DNA from: Candidatus Woesearchaeota archaeon
GTDB taxonomy: Archaea > Nanobdellota > Nanobdellia > SCGC-AAA011-G17 > PNOQ01
NCBI GenBank assembly: GCA_043812195.1
Contig: JBDRML010000016.1
Location: forward strand, 32,001-96,000
Reading direction: 5' to 3'
Length of the DNA stretch: 64,000 nt
Shown: positions 30,538-40,082 of the stretch, piece after piece
How positions within the stretch are numbered: position 1 is the stretch's first letter
Layout of the letters: each line of letters starts with the position of its first letter
Position numbers and translations under genes: made by a program
The notes under the pieces: generated by a model
The model's input: only the letters and a program-made list of their open reading frames with translations
The model's database searches: none
Told to the model about the DNA's origin: nothing

Positions 30538-30652
30538 CGCCGCGACTGGGATTCGAACCCAGATATCCTTTCGGAAACAGGTTTTCAAGACTTACGCTTC
30601 AAAGATATTAAATCACTTGAATCTGCGCGATACCAGATTACGCGATCGCGGC
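30538..30652 (-). tRNA. tRNA-Ser(TGA) with 31-nt intron at 29/30 (intron 30592-30622)
   Basis: Acceptor GCCGCGA/TCGCGGC, discriminator G, long variable arm, T-arm CTGGG-TTCGAAT-CCCAG; intron removal gives CAGGT-CTTGAAA-ACCTG. Confidence 0.88.
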
Positions 30653-31229
30653 ATAAACTTTGTAAAACCATGTTGCTTTCAGCCATATTTAAATTTAACT
30701 GATATGAAAAATATTTGTTTTTTTGTATAACAGCTTTAACAGGTTTATTAAATCCCAATAAACTTTCAGTTATCTTGCCTATATCCAATAATAAACCCCT
30801 ACTAGCCATATGAAATAATACTCTCCCTCTTTTATTTATCACTCTATCTGTTAATAATAATCCAAGGAAAAAATATTTTTTAACTTTCCTACATGAATTC
30901 AATATTAAATTCGGAACCCTTACAATAGATGCTTTCTTTCCTGAAGGAATATTCAATTCATTTACTAAATAATCAAACATTGATCTTGAGTATTTAAAAA
31001 ATTCATAGATAGTCTTTCTATTTGACCTAGTTCTATTTATTATCTTTCCTTTCTCACCAAATAAATCAAAGTATAAATTATAAAATAAGTCAACTAAAGA
31101 TTAGAAGTATTATAGAACATAATTGAATAAGTAAGATAACCAGATCCATTCATTACGGTTAGAAATACTACCATCTCCGATTACCATCCCCAAAAAAAGA
31201 GCTAATTTATTAATATTTATATCTTCCAC
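30585..31229 (-). pseudogene. Frameshifted two-motif LAGLIDADG endonuclease gene
   Basis: GTG start at 31229; motif 1 LALFLGMVIGDG; two frameshifts; motif 2 YFFLGLLLTD(R); 3' end runs into tRNA-Ser. Confidence 0.75.
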
Positions 31230-31300
31230 GCCATCCTATAGATTTACAGATTTATAAATTCTGAACCAACATATGATAAAATTTCGGAAAATCTTTTTAT

Positions 31301-31984
31301 TTAAAATATTCCAACTAAATGGTAAACTAACTTAGTAGAAACAGCAATTGCATCATCATAATCAATAAATTCTAAGATAATACAGTCATTATCTGTTAAA
31401 TAAATCTGATTCTCATCCCCTTTCTCAAATAATATTATGGTTCTCCCATTACCAGAATCATCACATGTTCTTACAGGAATATCTATATCTTGTGTAAACT
31501 CATTCTCTTCAGTCAACGCACTAATAGTATTTATCTTAAAAACAGCAGGCTCAACACCAGTACTTAATATTCTCTGAGCAGTCAATATAGCAATTGCCAT
31601 TTTTCCATCTGATTCAATATCAAGATCAACATCTCTAGTAATATAAATATTCTTAGTTTTAGACTTATTAAATATTAAATCATTTATAGTATCATCTAAA
31701 GGGATACCTTCTAACTCTTCAGGACCATATTCAAAGGGAACCTTATACTCCTTTCTAAATTGAGGTACATTATTAACTGTTCTATAATCAATCCAAAAAG
31801 ATACTATATGTATCGGTTTTCCAGTATGTTTATCTACACTTATATTATATTCAATCCCATCAGCCCCAAGATAGCTATACTCATAGGAAATTCTAGATAA
31901 AGTAGGCACAAAAATAACTATTAAAAGTAAAACAACTAAAACAATAATACCTATTGTTATATTTCTTCCCTGTTTTTTATCCAT
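31301..31984 (-). CDS. Membrane-anchored hypothetical protein
   Basis: N-terminal TM helix; C-terminal TC...DCII pattern similar to the neighbouring gene. Confidence 0.7.
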   Translation of the reverse strand: MDKKQGRNITIGIIVLVVLLLIVIFVPTLSRISYEYSYLGADGIEYNISVDKHTGKPIHIVSFWIDYRTVNNVPQFRKEYKVPFEYGPEELEGIPLDDTINDLIFNKSKTKNIYITRDVDLDIESDGKMAIAILTAQRILSTGVEPAVFKINTISALTEENEFTQDIDIPVRTCDDSGNGRTIILFEKGDENQIYLTDNDCIILEFIDYDDAIAVSTKLVYHLVGIF

Positions 31985-31986
31985 TT

Positions 31987-32487
31987 TTAAACAATAATCC
32001 CGAATACAACGTAAGCGAGAAAGTCTATTCCTTTATTAAGATTTCCATTAATAAAAATACAATTATCTTCCAAATAAAAATCTTCATCAGCAGACGAATC
32101 TAATACAACCACAAAATTATCCCCATCACAATCAATAATAGGTAATGTGCTGTTATCATCCAAACTACCAAATTGACTAATTATACCAGCAGAAGTAAAA
32201 ACATCTCTCAATCTGGCTCCCTGATACCCATTACTTTTATCAACAACATAAATCAAATTGCCTTTAATATCTATAGGACCCATATCTTCTACTTCACTTG
32301 GCAAATATGTAAAAGTTTGATAAGAATTAGTTCTTGAAACAAAAGTGGCCCATCCTTGATCAGTTTGTTGAAATTTATATCCGTTGTATTTTTCAGAACC
32401 ACCCCCACTATAAATAAATCCCAAAGTACTCATTACCATTATAAATATAATAAAAAGAGCTGCAAACAGATTTTTAGATTTTTTCAT
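31987..32487 (-). CDS. Membrane-anchored hypothetical protein
   Basis: N-terminal TM helix; YNGYKF, PIIDC and NCIFING. Confidence 0.7.
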   Translation of the reverse strand: MKKSKNLFAALFIIFIMVMSTLGFIYSGGGSEKYNGYKFQQTDQGWATFVSRTNSYQTFTYLPSEVEDMGPIDIKGNLIYVVDKSNGYQGARLRDVFTSAGIISQFGSLDDNSTLPIIDCDGDNFVVVLDSSADEDFYLEDNCIFINGNLNKGIDFLAYVVFGIIV

Positions 32488-32569
32488 AAATAATTAGAAT
32501 TTAATCTTAATTAAAAAGGTTTCGTAAAAAATTAAAAAGAAAAAAAGAAAGAAAAAGTGTAAAATTTAT

Positions 32570-34777
32570 TTACACTATTTGTTCTGTTCCAGTTAGGCCA
32601 CTAGCTGCTACACTACTTGCTGCTCTTGCAGTATCTGCTTTCTCCCATCCAGCTACAATCAATGCCATCTTATCGCCATCTTCCATTAACTTAATAACGG
32701 CTGTATCTGCTGCGATTCCAGAAGCACTTTCACAAGCTGGGTAAGTTAAGCTCATCCATTCTGCAGTTAAGCTATTAACACATGGTCCACCAACAAGGAT
32801 TAAATTGTTATAACCAGCTGCTCCAGATTCAGTTACAAGTACTGCTTCAACATTTGTTGCTGCTCCACCTTCATAAACTCCTACATTAGCTTTTACCTGA
32901 TCACCAGGAATTTGTAATGTAAACAAGTCGTTGTCTCCAGAAGAATCAGTTTCATCTGCCCTGATACCATATCCAGTTAACAAGTCATATTTCTTAGCTC
33001 CAACCATTACTCTTTCTACAGCAGTTGCAGTTGCACTTGGTGCCAATGTTGCTCCCCATACAACTTCAGTACTTTCAGAGTTATCTGTAGTTCCAAATCC
33101 TAGATAGTTACCAGCTGTAGCGTTTGTAGATTGTATTCTCCACCATAAGTTATCATTCACATCAGTTGCGTTATCTGGAATAATCCCTAAATACCATGCG
33201 TCATCTGCACCAATATCTCCGTATGATCCAAAAACCATATCTGTAGATTTAGTATTTCTGTAGTTCACATATCCCCATGCAGTATAATTAGCATTATTAG
33301 ATATATTTCCTGCGTGTTGCACCTTGTTATCTGAGTCTGTATAGAAGATTAAAGTTCTTCCTACATCCCTATCTGCTGTAGCAGAATTATTTCCAGCAAA
33401 AGTGGTATTAGTCCATAAAAAAATCTCGTCTGTTTTTATATCAGATGTTATCTTTGCTGTACCTGCAGCCTCTATTGCACTTTGATCAAGCACCAATCCC
33501 TCATTTTCATCAGACACTATAGAAATAACAATAGCTGCGCTTGGGAAAAGTCCTGCATTGGTAAGATCTTCTGTATTTTGACTATCTGTATAAATTTGTA
33601 CCTGCATATAGTCATCATCAGCCACATTGAAGTCTTTAACTCCTATGTAAGCATATCCCTCTGGCAATCCATAATACTCTCCAGTTCCAGCAGGGTCTTT
33701 ATTATAGTTATATGCTTCAAAGTCGTTTTCTATACAAACCTCATTAAAAGATCCAGATGCTCCAGATGTCAAAGCTCCTGCTTGCAATCCCTTAATATCC
33801 CAAACCCAATCAGGATTATTCTTATCACAATCAGGATCACCATGTGCGTCACTTGGAGAACAATATGTAGGATACTTATCTCCATCTTTATAAGTTACTC
33901 TAGCGTCTTCACCAATCACGAATGTTGCAACTGCTTCAGCTGCAGTACCAACACCAGCTATAGCAGAGTCCAAATAAACATCGATTTCTCCTTCAGAAAC
34001 TGTAGAACCTTCACTAATTGTTCTCTGGTCATTTCCAAAATCAATAATAGCACTAGTTCCATCTACAGCAACTACTTCCATTGTTATTCCATTACCAGAG
34101 TATACTTCTCCTGTGTGTCCAACCCAAGTATCACCAACTTGTGCAGTAAAAGATGAGTTGCTTGCAATAGCGTCAACTCTTAATGTCTTTCCTAAAAACA
34201 TCATATCAAATGGATTTGAAGTACTAACTATTCCACTCACATTAATATGTTCATCAAAAGTATAACAATACTTAATTGCATCTTTTCTAATCTCTAACTT
34301 AGGATCCCATTCATACTTATCATCACTACTTGTTAGACTAGTTTCCATATCAAAGTTATTAGCAGTAGCTGTTATTTGAAGTTCATGATGGTAATCATAA
34401 CTTGTTCCAGCAATACTCACTTCTGCATCATCAAAGATAGCAGAATCTGAGTCATCATAAATTGTATCCAAACCAGTACTTGTTGCAATGTTATCTTGTA
34501 ATTTAATTTCTTCTATCTGAATTAAATCCCCTAGACCTGCAGCTTCAGCTGTAGCTAAACCATCAAAATATGTTTTCAAAGTGCTTCTTGCAGCGTCATC
34601 ATTTGTTCCAGCAGCGCTACCTACAACCATTGCAGTATCTACATAAGAATCACTTACAATAAATGGCGCAGGTAAATCAGCTAAAGTTTCTCCAGCTGCG
34701 AATGCGCCCCCGAAAGCAGACAATAACATTAGTCCACCAGCACCAGCTGCTGCTACTTTTTTAATTATTCGTTTCAT
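32570..34777 (-). CDS. S-layer protein
   Basis: KKVAA signal peptide, DLPAPF...VVGSAA N-terminus, C-terminal NLILVGGPCVN...LIVAGWEKADT; strong GAGGAGGTG RBS. Confidence 0.88.
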   Translation of the reverse strand: MKRIIKKVAAAGAGGLMLLSAFGGAFAAGETLADLPAPFIVSDSYVDTAMVVGSAAGTNDDAARSTLKTYFDGLATAEAAGLGDLIQIEEIKLQDNIATSTGLDTIYDDSDSAIFDDAEVSIAGTSYDYHHELQITATANNFDMETSLTSSDDKYEWDPKLEIRKDAIKYCYTFDEHINVSGIVSTSNPFDMMFLGKTLRVDAIASNSSFTAQVGDTWVGHTGEVYSGNGITMEVVAVDGTSAIIDFGNDQRTISEGSTVSEGEIDVYLDSAIAGVGTAAEAVATFVIGEDARVTYKDGDKYPTYCSPSDAHGDPDCDKNNPDWVWDIKGLQAGALTSGASGSFNEVCIENDFEAYNYNKDPAGTGEYYGLPEGYAYIGVKDFNVADDDYMQVQIYTDSQNTEDLTNAGLFPSAAIVISIVSDENEGLVLDQSAIEAAGTAKITSDIKTDEIFLWTNTTFAGNNSATADRDVGRTLIFYTDSDNKVQHAGNISNNANYTAWGYVNYRNTKSTDMVFGSYGDIGADDAWYLGIIPDNATDVNDNLWWRIQSTNATAGNYLGFGTTDNSESTEVVWGATLAPSATATAVERVMVGAKKYDLLTGYGIRADETDSSGDNDLFTLQIPGDQVKANVGVYEGGAATNVEAVLVTESGAAGYNNLILVGGPCVNSLTAEWMSLTYPACESASGIAADTAVIKLMEDGDKMALIVAGWEKADTARAASSVAASGLTGTEQIV

Positions 34778-34931
34778 TTAATCTAAACACCTCCTCGTGT
34801 TCATTTTTTCATTGTATCAAGAACACTGTCACCTCTACAAATGTCATACTGTCGTCTTATTAATCTTAATTAAATCTAACGCATTTCGTCTATTTATAAA
34901 CATTTATACACTATAGTAAACAAAATAATGT

Positions 34932-34978
34932 CAATTCCTTATAATTTAGCAATTTCAAGCCCCAATTCCTTATAATTT
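34932..34978. repeat. Two 16-bp direct repeats
   Basis: caattccttataattt at 34932-34947 and 34963-34978. Confidence 0.7.
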
Positions 34979-35008
34979 CAATTATAGAAGATACTTCTAT
35001 AAAAAACA

Positions 35009-35036
35009 TCATTTCTCACAAATTACAACATAAAAT
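35009..35036 (-). repeat. Copy of the 3' end of pilin-like gene 37633-38043
   Basis: tcatttctcacaaattacaacataaaat encodes FYVVICEK* with synonymous changes. Confidence 0.8.
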
Positions 35037-35131
35037 ATCTTTCATCAAAAATTTGAAAAGCTTTTTATATTGATAGTAATTCCCACCCAACAATAGAAAA
35101 ACTTATAAATGTAGTCACCCATATATTAAAT

Positions 35132-36082
35132 ATGAATTTAGAAGTAAGAAATGTTGGGAAAAAGAAAAAGTATTATTTAGCTCACTCATTCAGAGAAGGA
35201 AAAAAAGTAAAGAAAATAAGAAGATATTTAGGCTCAAATCTAAATAAAATTCAACTAGAAAAACTAAAAGAAAGATCAGAAGAAATCATAAAGCAACAAA
35301 TAGAAAACTATAAGATCATAGCAGATCCATTAAAACACGAATTAACAGAAAAAGAATTAGAATTCCTAAAAAATTTAGAAACAAAAGGAAAAATAGAAAT
35401 AAAACATCTTTCCAAAGAGCAATGGACTAAATTCACAGAGCTTTTTACATATAACACAAATGCCATTGAAGGCTCTGAAGTAAATCAAAAAGAAGTTAAA
35501 GAAATTTTAGAAGAAAACAAATGGCCAAAAGAAGTAGATAGGGAAGATATTTCAGAAACATACGGGGTAGCAGAAGCAATTGAATTCATAAGAAAAACAA
35601 AAGAACATATATCCCTTTCCTTGATTAAAAAAATACACCAAATAATTTTCAAAAATTCCAAATCATTTGCAGGGAAATTTAGAACCAAAGGTATTGAAGT
35701 AGCTATTAGGGATAAATTAGGAAATATAGCCCATATAGGGGCTCCTGCCAATAGAATTAGAGGATTATTAGAAGAACTAATAGATTGGCATAATAAAAAT
35801 AAGAATAAATATCCCCCAATACTATTAGCCGCTGTTGTTCATAATCAATTTGAAAATATCCACCCTTTTCAAGATGGCAATGGGAGAGTGGGAAGGCTAT
35901 TGTTAAATAATATTTTATTAAAAAATAACCTGCCTCCAGTAAATATAAGTCTTGGAAATAGAAGAGAATATTATTCAACTCTACAATCTTATCAAAAAAA
36001 AGGAGACATAAAACCCACAATTAAATTGATTTTAAAAGAATATAAAGAATTAAAGAAAGAATTAGGTGTCTACAAAAATTAA
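35132..36082 (+). CDS. Fic family protein
   Basis: Canonical HPFQDGNGRVGR motif; TNAIEG. Confidence 0.93.
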   Translation: MNLEVRNVGKKKKYYLAHSFREGKKVKKIRRYLGSNLNKIQLEKLKERSEEIIKQQIENYKIIADPLKHELTEKELEFLKNLETKGKIEIKHLSKEQWTKFTELFTYNTNAIEGSEVNQKEVKEILEENKWPKEVDREDISETYGVAEAIEFIRKTKEHISLSLIKKIHQIIFKNSKSFAGKFRTKGIEVAIRDKLGNIAHIGAPANRIRGLLEELIDWHNKNKNKYPPILLAAVVHNQFENIHPFQDGNGRVGRLLLNNILLKNNLPPVNISLGNRREYYSTLQSYQKKGDIKPTIKLILKEYKELKKELGVYKN

Positions 36083-36108
36083 TGATGTAGTCACCCAACA
36101 TCAAAACA

Positions 36109-36141
36109 TTATTTTTTACAAATTACAACATAAAACTCAAA
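36109..36141 (-). repeat. Copy of the 3' end of pilin-like gene 37633-38043
   Basis: 33 bp with 2 mismatches; encodes FEFYVVICKK*. Confidence 0.8.
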
Positions 36142-36144
36142 TGC

Positions 36145-37413
36145 CTATAACAACCATTTCCACAAAGAAATATATTTTATCTTTTTACCATTAATTCTCT
36201 CTTCACCATCCTTATCATTGGTTATAATAACTAAATTATTGCATTTAAGCTCTATACTCGCTTTCAATAATGATTTAATCTCTCTGCTTTTCGTATTTTC
36301 ACTTTCAATATCATAGCATACCTGAATTAGTTCTTTAATCTTTAATCCTTCCTTAACAACAAAATCAACTTCATTTTGTTGATGGTCCTTCCAATAATAA
36401 ACTTCAGTATTAATTTTATCGTTTTTGAACTTTCTTCTTAATAATTCTATAACGACTATATTTTCGAATAATTTACCATTATCTTTCGACAACCTAAAAC
36501 TAACAAAATTGCAGAATCCATGATCAACAGAATAAACCTTTTTAGGAGCAATTATTTGCTGTTTCAATTTATTTGAATATCTTTCCAAAACTATTATCAA
36601 AAAAGCTTCCTTTAAATAATTAACATAGTTTTTAATCGTATGAGGATCTTTTATATTAAATATTTTAGAAAGTTTTGAATATGTAAATTCACTAGAAAAA
36701 TTGCTTATGAGATAGCTAGAAAGTTCTCTAAAAGTGCCTTTTTTTTCAATAGCATATCTTCTCAAACAATCTTTGTTTATTATATCCTCGTAAATTCTCA
36801 CAACCATATTTGAGCCAAACTTTGCAAATTCAGGAAATCCGCTGCCATGAAGATACTTATTAAACTCCCGCCTTATTTTGGCGCGATCTTCAGTTGCATA
36901 AATATTAGGCTTAAAGCTTAATGTTTCTTTAAATGAAAACGGATATAAAACAAAATCTATGTATCTGCCAGTTAAATGAGTAGCTAACTCACCGGATAAT
37001 AATTTAGAATTACTGCCGGTTATAATAACTTTCTTGCTTCTTCTAAGCCTTGTCGCAAATAATTCCCAGCCAGTTACATTTTGAATTTCATCCAAAACTA
37101 CAAGGTCTATATCACCATACATTTCATAAAATGCTTCCAATATTTTATTCAAATCAGATGTCTTGACATTAATCAGCCTTTCATCGTCAAAGTTTATATA
37201 AGCAAAATTTTGTTTTAATTCTTTTGATAAAATCAGAGAAAAAATAGACTTTCCGCTTCTTCTAACACCAAGTATAGCAAGTATATTAGGATACTTAAGA
37301 TATTTTTTCTCGTAGTCTATGAGCTCTCTTTCTACTATTTTCTCTTCACTAAATTTCTTTTCCAGCTCTCTCCTTTGGTCTTCTATTATCCTTTTTAGTA
37401 TCTCTAATTGCAT
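36145..37413 (-). CDS. AAA+ ATPase with DUF4143-like C-terminus
   Basis: GVRRSGKS, LDEIQ, ITGSNS, GSGFPE, FENIV and EVDFV motifs. Confidence 0.9.
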   Translation of the reverse strand: MQLEILKRIIEDQRRELEKKFSEEKIVERELIDYEKKYLKYPNILAILGVRRSGKSIFSLILSKELKQNFAYINFDDERLINVKTSDLNKILEAFYEMYGDIDLVVLDEIQNVTGWELFATRLRRSKKVIITGSNSKLLSGELATHLTGRYIDFVLYPFSFKETLSFKPNIYATEDRAKIRREFNKYLHGSGFPEFAKFGSNMVVRIYEDIINKDCLRRYAIEKKGTFRELSSYLISNFSSEFTYSKLSKIFNIKDPHTIKNYVNYLKEAFLIIVLERYSNKLKQQIIAPKKVYSVDHGFCNFVSFRLSKDNGKLFENIVVIELLRRKFKNDKINTEVYYWKDHQQNEVDFVVKEGLKIKELIQVCYDIESENTKSREIKSLLKASIELKCNNLVIITNDKDGEERINGKKIKYISLWKWLL

Positions 37414-37475
37414 AGGAATCAAAACACAAACATCTTTATAAAGTTTGCGGTTACGAACTACATACTTTTAAACCT

Positions 37476-37563
37476 TTATTTTTCACAAATTACAACATAA
37501 AATTCAAATTCCCAAGATCTCCTAAAAGATTCAGAATTAATGCCTAAAAAACAATCTCCAACT
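37476..37563 (-). repeat. 88-bp copy of the 3' end of pilin-like gene (37633-37720)
   Basis: 5 mismatches in 88 bp, clustered in 4 codons (RRSGE vs RRSWE). Confidence 0.9.
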
Positions 37564-37632
37564 ACGCTCAAACTATGCCATTATTCACAAAAAGTTTAGT
37601 ATTCTTAAATAAAAAGTGAATAATAGAAACAT

Positions 37633-38043
37633 TTATTTTTCACAAATTACAACATAAAATTCAAACTCTCCAGACCTTCTAAAAGATTCAGAATTAATGC
37701 CTAAAAAACAATCTCCAACTCTAATTTCTTCACCACTACTGCATTCCATTACAAATCCAGAATCCTCATCAACAAAATTCATATTCCCAGATACAAAATT
37801 TCTCAATGTATTACAATCAACTTCTTCACCCAAACAACAACTAGTTGCTAAATCTCCAAAATTAGTTCCGCTAACATCAGCTTTAGCCAAAGCATTAGCA
37901 AAATTATACGCTTTATTATTCAAATAAACATTCCTATCATCTCCTCCACTCCTAGAAAACAATAAAGCAAACAACCCAATAAACACAACTAACAAAACAA
38001 TAATAACCAATCCAAATGTTTCTATTTGTCCTTTTTTAAACAT
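37633..38043 (-). CDS. Pilin-like protein with class III signal peptide
   Basis: MFKKG/QIETFG followed by a hydrophobic helix. Confidence 0.7.
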   Translation of the reverse strand: MFKKGQIETFGLVIIVLLVVFIGLFALLFSRSGGDDRNVYLNNKAYNFANALAKADVSGTNFGDLATSCCLGEEVDCNTLRNFVSGNMNFVDEDSGFVMECSSGEEIRVGDCFLGINSESFRRSGEFEFYVVICEK

Positions 38044-38488
38044 ACCTCTCTACCTCCAGAACACCAACATAATACTTCTCATCCCATGCATTATACACAC
38101 TAACAGGACTAGTTATTTTTCTTATTCCAGTATAACTTGATAATTTATTATCATACAAAACTAAAGTATCAGCAGAAACTTTCAATGTAATTTTCTTATA
38201 ACCGAACAAATTCTTATAATATTCATTATCACTCACATCAGCAAAAGCTCTTGCCTTATAAAAATCAATACTTCCTTTTTGATCTCCTCTAACAGAATAA
38301 CTCAATTCAGGCATACTAGGAACAAAACTAATCATATCTTCAAATTTATCTTCTTGATACTTCTCATTTAGATTCTCAATAGATCTAATTTGAAATTGAT
38401 AAAACAAAACAAAACCAATCAATAAAATAACCACAACTATAAATATAACAAATCCTGTTTCCTGTATTTGTAATTGTCCTTTTTTCAT
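38036..38488 (-). CDS. Pilin-like protein with class III signal peptide
   Basis: MKKG/QLQIQET followed by a hydrophobic helix. Confidence 0.7.
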   Translation of the reverse strand: MKKGQLQIQETGFVIFIVVVILLIGFVLFYQFQIRSIENLNEKYQEDKFEDMISFVPSMPELSYSVRGDQKGSIDFYKARAFADVSDNEYYKNLFGYKKITLKVSADTLVLYDNKLSSYTGIRKITSPVSVYNAWDEKYYVGVLEVERYV

Positions 38489-39309
38489 TAATAAATTACC
38501 TCACAACCATGATTATCCAAAGCCTCATTCAAACTAATAATTGAATTAATATTATCATCTCTTAAAGCACCTATAATTTGTCCATATTCAGCACATTTAC
38601 TTCCAAAATATTGTGCCTTCTTGATATAAAGTTCTTTCAAACTATTCTTCCTTTCTTCTAAATAATTCTTACTACATTCAAAAACATCCGGACTTGAAAA
38701 CATCGCACCATAAACAAAAACATTATCTCCATTATAATTAAAATATTTATCTTCATTAACATACCAAATCTGATTTCCATTAAAAGCTATAACTTTTTTA
38801 TTAGGATTAGGTTCAGCACCTCCAAAATAAACCAAAACATCAGCATTCCCTTCACTAGTTATTTTCAATTCATTAGGTATCTCATCCATAAATTCTTCAT
38901 TAACACCAGAAAAATAAAATTTCAAATCAGAATTCCATAAATAAACCACAGTATCAATCAAATAAGGTTTTTCATAATTCTGACTCCACATACTAAAAGG
39001 ACCTTCGCTTTTATCTTCAACAAAGATTACACTACTAGATTCAATAGACTGATCTTCATTAATATACATCCTCTCACAATTATATTCTAAAACAAAATCT
39101 GAAAAATCTTCTCCAAAAACTTTATACTGAGAAATTCCTTTAGCACCCAAAATAGAACTATCCAAAGCCCTTACAATCTTACCATTTTCTTTACTCTGCT
39201 CTAAATCAATATATCTTACACTAAAGAATGCAAAAAATATTAAAAACAACGCACCAGCAATAATAACAAAAATCCAATTAAACTGAATGCCCTGACCTCT
39301 TTTTTCCAT
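38488..39309 (-). CDS. Pilin-like protein with class III signal peptide
   Basis: MEKRG/QGIQFNWIF followed by a hydrophobic helix. Confidence 0.7.
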   Translation of the reverse strand: MEKRGQGIQFNWIFVIIAGALFLIFFAFFSVRYIDLEQSKENGKIVRALDSSILGAKGISQYKVFGEDFSDFVLEYNCERMYINEDQSIESSSVIFVEDKSEGPFSMWSQNYEKPYLIDTVVYLWNSDLKFYFSGVNEEFMDEIPNELKITSEGNADVLVYFGGAEPNPNKKVIAFNGNQIWYVNEDKYFNYNGDNVFVYGAMFSSPDVFECSKNYLEERKNSLKELYIKKAQYFGSKCAEYGQIIGALRDDNINSIISLNEALDNHGCEVIY

Positions 39310-39414
39310 AACCTAAATTCAGAATTATTATTTAAATAGATTGTGTTAAGGTAAAAACCCAAAGGTTTATATATATTAACGTATTTATGTTTTTTAACGT
39401 AAGGAGGTTTAAAA

Positions 39415-39657
39415 ATGGTGAGCATCACATTATCTGTCCCAGAAGAAATTAAAAAAAGCATGGAAACATTTTCAGAAATAAACTGGTCTGGATTTGTCAG
39501 AAAATCCATCATAGAAAAAACACAAGAACTAACAAAAAAAGAAGAGTTATTAAAAGAATTAGAAAAAGAAAAAGATATAATAGATTGGTCTGTAAAACTT
39601 CAAAGAGTATCAAGGAAAGGAAGATTCCAAGATTTAAAAAAGAAGGGATTAATATGA
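39415..39657 (+). CDS. Ribbon-helix-helix antitoxin
   Basis: MVSITLSVPEE...EINWS; GGAGG RBS; ATGA overlap with the PIN gene. Confidence 0.75.
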   Translation: MVSITLSVPEEIKKSMETFSEINWSGFVRKSIIEKTQELTKKEELLKELEKEKDIIDWSVKLQRVSRKGRFQDLKKKGLI

Positions 39658-40082
39658 AATTGGTAACTGATACAAACATATTATTCACTTTTTTCTGGAA
39701 AAACTCCTATACAAGAAAATTATTCATAAATCAAGATTTAGAATTAATATCTCCAGAATTCGCTTTAGAAGAAATAAAAAAATATTCCGAAGAAATAATT
39801 AGAAGAGCAAAAATATCAAAAAAAGAATTTCAGGATATCAGAAAAGAACTCGCTCTTATGGTTGAATTTATACCTTTAAAAGAATATTCAGAATATTTAA
39901 AAAAAGCATCAGAAATTTCTTATGATAAAGATGATGTTGATTTTATTGCTTTAGCTTTAAAACTAAAATCCCCCATATGGTCTAATGATAAAGAATTTAA
40001 GAAACAAAATAAAATTAAAGTTTACTCTACTCTAGAAGTTTTAAAAGAATTAAACTATGGATCAATTAATAATGAAAAGTAA
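39654..40082 (+). CDS. PIN-domain toxin
   Basis: LVTDTNIL, DKDDVDFIALA and WSND motifs. Confidence 0.85.
   Translation: MKLVTDTNILFTFFWKNSYTRKLFINQDLELISPEFALEEIKKYSEEIIRRAKISKKEFQDIRKELALMVEFIPLKEYSEYLKKASEISYDKDDVDFIALALKLKSPIWSNDKEFKKQNKIKVYSTLEVLKELNYGSINNEK

Noticed and set aside
30592-30630. tRNA-Leu(CAA)
   Set aside because: It leaves an A-C mismatch in the anticodon stem; discriminator G and the BHB fit Ser(TGA).
37476-37720. Diversity-generating retroelement TR/VR pair
   Set aside because: The five mismatches are not confined to adenines of one copy, three are synonymous, and no reverse transcriptase is in the window.
35009-37720. CRISPR array
   Set aside because: Spacing is irregular (69 bp to 1.3 kb), the repeats are coding sequence, and there are no cas genes.
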